Position numbers and translations under genes: made by a program
Shown: piece after piece, positions 12,301 through 21,300 of the stretch
Layout of the letters: each line of letters begins with the position of its first letter
Numbering within the stretch: the stretch's first letter is position 1
The notes under the pieces: model-generated
What the model saw: only the letters and a program-made list of their open reading frames with translations
Told to the model about the DNA's origin: nothing
The model's database searches: none
IMG/VR virus record: IMGVR_UViG_3300020452_000405
Location: 1-37,218 of that record
Source of the DNA: a virus
Taxonomy: Duplodnaviria > Caudoviricetes
DNA: 37,218 nt
Strand: one strand, 5' to 3'

Positions 12301-15300
12301 AGCAAACGTATGAATATAGTTTCCTCCAGTTTTTGCTGCACCTGCTACTGCACTTACAAATTTATGAGTATTGGAAGCAACCTTAGCACTAATTATTGCA
12401 CCAGTTCCACCTCCACCACCAGTACCAACATTAACTGTAATAGTATTGTTTGTTACACCATCTATTCCTAATGCTACACCACCAGCAGGATCAGTTGCAC
12501 GAGGATATGAATGAGTACTATCGTGATCATCTCTAGAGCATGTAAATTTAAGAGATTCGGTATTAAGTTGAACTGTAGTTAATGCTCTCAATAATGAACC
12601 AGTCAAAGAAGAACCATATGAATGAGTATAATTTCCACCAGTTGTTACTGCACCTGCAGTAGCAGAATGGAAAGTATGTTTAGATGTATTCGTTGATGGT
12701 ATATCAGAAAGAACTTGGATTGTTATTGTTGTATCAGTTGCAGTTTGAATTTTAATTGGTTCATCATAAAGAGGATCTGTTGCTCTTGGATATCCCTTTG
12801 CTGATTGGTTATTATCAACATCACAAGTAAATTTAATAGATTCCTGAGCTAATTTAATATTAGTTCCAGGTCTTAACGTATGAGATCCAATAGTAATCTC
12901 CATCAATCCTGTTACTGGATCATACTTAGCATATGATGGGGAGTAAGAAACACCAGGTGATGATCCTACATTTACATCAAATGCAAATTGAGTTACGTTT
13001 GATATTGCTAACCACTTTCCACTTGCAGGATCAGAGGGTCTTGGATATGCATGGTTTGATGTTCCACCATCCATAGCACAAGTAAATGTTATTGCATAAT
13101 CCTTAAATTTAATAAGATCACCATTAGAGAATCCGTGACCATTAGATAGTACTCCAGAAGTAATAGTTAATATACCAGTTGCTGGATCATATGCAGCACT
13201 ATTAATATCATTCTCTGATGCTTGTTGCAATCCATGATTATTTCCAATAGTTAATATTAATTCTCCAGTGGAAGAAATATAATCTACTGTTGATGGTGTA
13301 TGAGTACCATTAGGATTAGTAGCGTTAATTGAATTGGTATCAGAAGAAACAAAAGTATGAACATATTCAATATCAGTAACACCAATTGCAACAGGTTCTC
13401 TATATCCAGAACCAGATGTTAAATCATTATAGAATTCATATACATCACCACCAGTTTTATAGAAGTGTGGTATTGATGTTAATCCTACTTGAACTTCAAA
13501 TGTTCTATCAGATATAATACCAACTACTGGTAATGCTCTTTCATGATCTGCAAACATTGAAGTTGTAACTCCAACATAATTAAGAGTCTGAACAGCGTTT
13601 GTAGTTGCAGAAACAAATGTATGAGGATCAGTATTAGTTGGAGTTGTTCCTAATAAAACATTAACCTTAAAAGTATCTGGGGTTACTGTATTAATGTAGA
13701 GATACTTATCAAAAGCAGGGTCAGTTGCTCTTGGATAAGAACCATTGCCACCACTACCATAAGTACAACTGAATACTAATGATTCTTCCTTAAATTTAAT
13801 AGCGTCACCATTTTGAAGTCCATGATTAGCAATTTTTATTGTTAATTCTCCAGTTGATGGATCATATACTGTACCACCAGTAACAGGAGTACCAACATCC
13901 TTAGTTGGACATGTAAATTCTAAATTCTTTAACTTAACTGTATTTGGATAACCTAAAGCATATCCATTAACAGTATTAGTTGTAACTGTAATTATTCCAG
14001 TGGTATTATCATAAGCAGCAGTTTCAATACCAAGTTTATACTTAGAAGAAGTTCCAATTCCAATAACTTTGGTAATAGAAGATGCAGCAAATAAATTACT
14101 ATTATCTTTTTTCTCTGGTTTAACTTTAGCACCAACTAAAGGAGCGTATCCAGTACCAGGAGTTGATCCCATAGAAACAATTATTCCACCTCTTGGTAGT
14201 TGATTCTGGTTAATATCATACTCTGATTGCATTGGAGTGCCGTTTTCAGATGAAATTCCAGTGAACACTACACTAGTAATACCTGCTACTGAATCACTAT
14301 CAAATTCATAGTTATTACCAGCATTATTTAAAGTAAGAGGAGTTTGGAATACGCCATTAATGAATAAAACACCATTTCCAATAGCAACACCAGTTTCTGT
14401 ATTAGCACCACCCACAGTCATTGTATAAGTTTTACCTATTCCTGTAAATACATCAGAAATATCATCAAATACCATATTGGTATCATAATTACTTCTTAAG
14501 AAGGTTCTGCCACAGAATTCAGCTTTAACATATGGTAGATTAGTATCATTTCTTCTTTCTCTAGTATTACCTTTAGGTGGATCTAAGAACCATACAGTAC
14601 TATCAACAATGTTGAATGATCCTCTATGAACCCTAGTAGCGGTTGTGTCGGTGTGAGAAGTTGCTGCTACACCCAAAGATCCTCTATTAACTCTAACAAC
14701 TGGTAGAGTACAAATACCGAGGGATACATCAGTAGAATCATTGATTATTCCTTCAGGAAGACTAGAGAATCCTACTTGCTCAACCTTCATATATTCATCA
14801 TCAATTTTTATAACATCTCTTGGTTGAACAGAACTAATTCCACTAAGAACAAATTGTGATGTTCCAGCACCAATAGCACCATCAAGTGTATGTTCAATTG
14901 AAGTAAATGTAATTGGTTGCTGAACGATACCATCTAAACCAATAACTGTTTTAGACAGTTTCTTAGTCATATCAAGTTTATGAGCATTACCTTCACCAAT
15001 CCCAGTAAATGTTATTGCAATACCAGATGAAATATATTCTTTTCTACTATAAAGATTAAACTTATTTTCGTTGAAAACTTTAACATATACCTTAGATGGC
15101 ATTATATCAGTAACAATACCTGCATAGTTTGTAGTAGATCCTATAGAAACTGCAGTAGATCCAATACCAACAAATGTTGATCCAGGTGTATAAAGTAATT
15201 CTTCATTATCATTAAAGAAATGATTTGGTATAGTAAACTCACCAGTTACTTTATCTAATTGTTCTGTATTAGTAGGATTAAATATCTTACTATAAATTGG

Positions 15301-18300
15301 GATATCCTCATGCTTTAACTCAAAATTGATTTTATTCGCTCTTGAACCATTTACACCGTCATATGCAGAAAGAAGAACACGTTTTTCTGTTGGTCCTACC
15401 ACTAAAGGATCTGGAGTATTAGCAAAATCGTTTATAGTATTGAAAACTTCATTATATGCTTGAAGTTCAATAAGATTTGTTTGTGATGCATCTGGATAGA
15501 AGTTAATATCAGTAATATTTCCTGTTGTAACAGATCCAAAAGTACCAAGTCCAACATTAGAAGATCCAGTAAATGGATATTGAATAACAGTTACATCACC
15601 CTCATCTTGAAGAGCAACGACTTGGTGTATTGCAGATTCAGAATCACTAGAAACTCTTACAAGAGATTTGGATGTACTATCAATTCTATTATCAATTCTA
15701 GTAACTAATATTGGTGTTGAAGTTCCACTATCATATGTTGATTCTAATCTAACACTTCTTTCAGCTCCAATAGGTTGACCAGGGACTGCAAATCTGTATG
15801 TTCCAACTCCAACAGATTCAGTAGCACCCAATCCAACAATATTTGTACTTACATTAATTAATCTCTTAGTTTGGTTTTCACATTCAAAGTAGATTGTTCC
15901 AGAATCATACCTTGCAGTTAATATACCAACCCTAGATGCACTATAAGTTTTATTTAAAGTATCAACATAACTCTCTGCATAATAGATATTTGTTCCATCA
16001 AAATCTACTATAATTTCACCATAATTAATTTCTTTTGTAATATCATCTTGAACAAGCACATCAGCAAAGAAACCATTGAAATCTGTATCAGAAAACTGTG
16101 CAATAGTTGTTGTGTTAAATCCAATAACATTATCATTTGTATCGGTACTAGCAATTGCAACTTTAATATTTGCTCCAGTTATATCAATTTGCCCGATTGA
16201 TGTTGCTTCAGTTTTAATTGCATTTGTAATAAATTCTGTTTTAAGAATTTTAATATCATGATCCCTATCATATTTCTCAACTGGTAAGAAATTTAACGCT
16301 TTTCTTCCAAAAAGATCAGCAGTTGCTTCAAAATCACCTAATTTATGTTTAGTATAATCTGATGTTTTTTGAACTAAAATAGCATCATTAGTTGTAGATA
16401 ATACAATTATTTCAGAGAATTGAAGATCTAATGTATCTGCATCAGTTACTTGTACAAGATATTTTGTAAATGCACCATCAACTTCTTCAATTTCTCGGAA
16501 TACATCTTGAAAACCTTTACTAGAGAATTTACCACTTATATCATCGTGTATTAGAACTCTATTTGATTTACATAATGTATAATCTGTTAATTTTGTATTT
16601 TCAAAAGTAGCAAATTTCGATTTTGTTGGATTTACTTCTGGTCTAGCATCATAATCTCTTCCAAAATCAAAATTGTTAATCGTATCAACTCTCTTATCAC
16701 CTAAAAGATCAACCACAATAACTGGTGTTACTTGAACAGTAGTTCCGATGCCAACATTAACAGAAGATGTTATACCAACATCAGCAAAATTCTTAAGACC
16801 TGCTGGATGAACCAATCTATTAATAGGATTTACTAGATTATCCCATGTAACATTACTCTTAATAGAATATGAGAGATTTTGATAATAATCATTATTTGGA
16901 ATAACTTGGAAATCTTCATTTAACTTTCCAGTATTATCAACCCATCCATATTCTTGACGACTAGAATAATCTACCTTAAATTTTGCTTTATTTCCAACAA
17001 TACCAGTTACTGTTGCTCTAACATTACTATTAGTTCCTTTTATTCTATCACCAATACTAAGTTGATATATACCATCAACTTTAATAAAATCTTCTCTAGA
17101 TTCTACTATTTTTAAATCTTTTTCAATAAATTTTCCATTTTGTTCAATATGAAGTACTTCATTAAGTTTAAATGAACCACGTTCTTGAATAACTTCAAAA
17201 GTTGGGTAATTATCTTTGTTTATAATATTTGCATATCCAGATTGGAATGTTTTTGCAATACCTGGATTTGTCGTTAATCCTACTAAACTATACTTAATAA
17301 CTGCAGGATTTGAATTTATATAATCATCAACTTTAAAGAATCTATATTGATGGTTTGAGGAATTATATCCATCCCCACCTGTAGCAATACCAGAAGAATT
17401 AGTATTACCTTGTGTTCCTATTCCTGCCTCACCGAATAATTCAACACCTTCTACAAATATCTCATCACCAACAGAAAATGGAGGATCTACAAATCCATTA
17501 ATAGGAGTTTCTAAAACACAAGTAACTATTCCTGATCCACCACCAGTCATAGAGTTAATTCCTATACCATTTGAATTGTTTATGGTAAGAATCTTATGAT
17601 TTACAGAATTTAATCCTTGAATTGGTGCAATTATATTAATATCAGAAATTGATTGATATGGTGTGTTTGCCGTTAGAGAAGTATCATCAACAACTTTATC
17701 ATCAACTGGATCATATACAATAACATCAGGTGCAGTCAAATACTGCTTTCCACCATCAATAACATTAATATCAGTAATAGTATCTACATTATCAATCCTA
17801 ATAACTGGAGAAACAAATGCTTCTGGACTTAAAGTTTTATCTGATGGATACTCATATCCAATATCAACTATTCTTACATCATTAATTCTACCAATCGATG
17901 TGGAAAGTGCTACGATATTTGCATTTTTACCCTGTGCACTAACTATAGATTTAAATTTAGGAATACTCTTATAATTAAATCCTTTAGAAATCACTTTTAC
18001 ATCCTTAATTGATCCACTAATACGCTTAGATTCAGTAGAATATTCAAGTTTTTCGCACTGATCTTCCTTATAAGATAAAAGTTCAGGAATTGATCTTGGA
18101 GAAACTTTAAAAGTATCTGATGTTATCCCAAAAATACTATAATTTCCACTATATTTACTATCAACAAATTTAATTTCTGAGTAATTTGAAACTAATGGAT
18201 CTGCAGTACTAATATATCCACCCTTCTCTATAGCATAATACAATTGAGATGGAGCTGTTTCTGAGAATGATAGAGTTACTGTTGACTGAGTACCTATTCC

Positions 18301-21300
18301 AGATGTACCAAATCCTGATATATTAAATACGCTTGTATCTTGAGCACTAATGAAGTCATTATTAAAGTTTTTATCGTAGAAGAATCTAAGATTATGACCT
18401 AATAAAGAACTATCAGAAACATTGAATGATAACTTAGAATTTTTAGTAACTTTAATTTGAGGATTAACTAATCCAAAACTATGATTTTGTCCACCAGTTG
18501 AAGTAATACCAACCAATAATGGTGGTTGAGTCTGTATATCTTTTAAAGTTTCACCCAAACTAAATTCATTTGAACTCAATTCGTAGATATAATAACAAGG
18601 ATTATCTAAACCTTCAGCAGGATCACTGCTTTCATATAAAACCTTATCTCCAGTTTTATATCCGTGATCATTTATTGTAATAGAAGAAGTTGTAGTATTA
18701 ATACCAGTAGAATTAAATCCAACTTTATTAACTAATAACTTCTGAAATTCATTATTAAATGAAAGACTTAATGGAGAAGTACTACCTATTCCTACAATAG
18801 TATTAGGTGTGACATCCAAATTAACTACATCATTGTTACGTAATCCATGAGTTGTAGTATTTGCTATTGCTATTTTTGTAACTACTGTTGAGGTTATTTG
18901 ATCAATATCACCAATAACCTGATTATGATTAGATTCTAATGAATATTCATAATCATCAGATCCATTACCGTGGAAAAATAATCCTTCACTTGTACTACCT
19001 ATTAATGTTCTTTGAGTTACTAATCCAACATAATTTTGACCTTTGTTTATAGCATAAACAGTTGAAGTATCTGTAGTTACATCAGGAATATTAAAAAGAT
19101 TAAGTGGTACACTTTGATCACCAACAATTAAAGAAGTAGCAGTTCCTCTCTTTCTTAATGTTAATTCTTGACCTGTTGTAAATGGGTGATTAGGAAGATA
19201 TATTACCCTTGTTGGAATTGGAACTTCTAATAATGTTTCGCCATTTCTTGCTAATGTTTCAATCCCACCACCTGCAGTTGTCCCAAGTCCAACTGATTGT
19301 TTCGCATTGAAATATACCAAATCATTAACTGTAGAATCAAACTTCTCAGTCTTAACTGGTATAGTAATTTCTTGATTCAATACATCAAGTTTAGATCCAT
19401 AAGTATGAGCAGCACCTACACCATAGCGTTTTACTCTTAATATAGATCCTACATCAAAAATGTTTAAAACTCTAACTAACTCATCATCATTAATTTTTAT
19501 AGTTGATCCAATTGAAACTGTATTTGGAATTACATTAACATAGATATCATCAACTCTACCAGTAACAACTACATTTGCAGTCATAGATTTTGCTAGTCCA
19601 ATAGTATCAGTTTTAACGCCAACAGAGAATGAATCTGTAAGATGAACTATTGAACTACTTAAACCAGAAATAGAAACAGTATTTTGATCTTTTAATTCTA
19701 TAAATGGTTCATATTTTGCTACAACTTCATTAGCATTCTTCCAAGTAAACAATGCATTTTCGTATCTATCTAATTCAGTTGTAATTTCTGAAACTCCAAG
19801 TCCAACTAAAGATTTAACTTGACCACGAAGACCAGTACCATTAGTTCCAATATCATCAAAATCTGTATAATCACCTACTTTATATCCAGTTCCACCATCT
19901 AAAACTTGTAAGTCATCAATTTCACCAGTAGTTACAGATTCAACATTAGTAAGTTGTCTCAAATACTCATTTGATTCTACAATAAAATCATTATCAGCTA
20001 GAGCATTACCAACTTTATATGGGAATGTATTTCTTGCTAAATTGGAATTATTGAAATCAAATTCTTGTGTTAATGTTGTATTTGATGATATGTAAGGTGA
20101 TTTGTAAGTTTTACCAACAAAATAAGGGAATCTTGGTTCTAAGGTATTAGTTTGTGTACTTTGCTGTACACTTGCAAAATATGCATAGACACCATTAGGA
20201 AATTCATTAGTTTTACAAAATCTACCATTATGTTCATCAAGAGTAGTAGATCCTGTATATTGCCAATCTTCAATAAAATAACCTTCTTCAAATTCTGCTG
20301 TAGTTGGACGATCTATTACTTTAGATGCATCTAAAGTATATCCAGAAGTTACAATACCAACAGAAGGTCCTAACTGATCTACTTTAGTATATCCATATGG
20401 ACCATAAATTGGATTTCCATCATAAGCCCATCCAATAATAGGAGAATGTTTTCCTCCATTATCAGAGAATGAATTTGCAATGTCTGAAGAATATCCATGA
20501 ATACTAAGATATAAATTATCACCACCATCTGCAGATAGATTATATGTACCTTGCCTCTTATTATTATCAATCGTTAATTTTCTAACTCTTGGTTCAAATA
20601 ATGCATTTGATCCTCTAGATTTAACAGTAAATACTGATTTGGAATCAGTATATCCTATACCAGTATTAATTACATCTACTTTAATTAACTTACCATCACT
20701 AATAACTGGTTTAAGAATAGCACCATTTCCAATTACATTAGTAGTGGTTATTCCAGTTGCTTGTACACTTATTTCTGGAAGAGAATAATATTCTTTTCCT
20801 TTATTTAAAACCTGTACATCAACAATTCTACCATTAACTATAGATCCTTTTACTATAGCATCTTTTCCGTTTTGAATATCTACTTTAGGATTTTTTTGTA
20901 GATTTAATATCTTAGATCCATACTTAGTTCCATTTTCATAAAGATAAGAATCAACTATCTTACCAGTAACAACAGGAGTGAAATTAAATGATCCTGTAAC
21001 TGTTGAAGCAAAAGAAACTTCTGCATTTACTTTAATATCTGGATATTTGAATGTCTGTAATCCTATTCCTTGAGAAGTTAGTTGAACATAATCACCTCTA
21101 TCATAAGTAACTTTTGAATCTGCTAATCTAAAAGAATTATCATCAATTTTTAATATGTAATAATCAGTAACATTTAATCCACCAATTGAATTACCACTAC
21201 CTGTATTACTATATTCAACTAAATCACCATCTGCAAATCCATGTCCTTTAAAAGTTATCTTTGAATAACTTGTAGAAACATTAGATGGTTTAACATTTAA

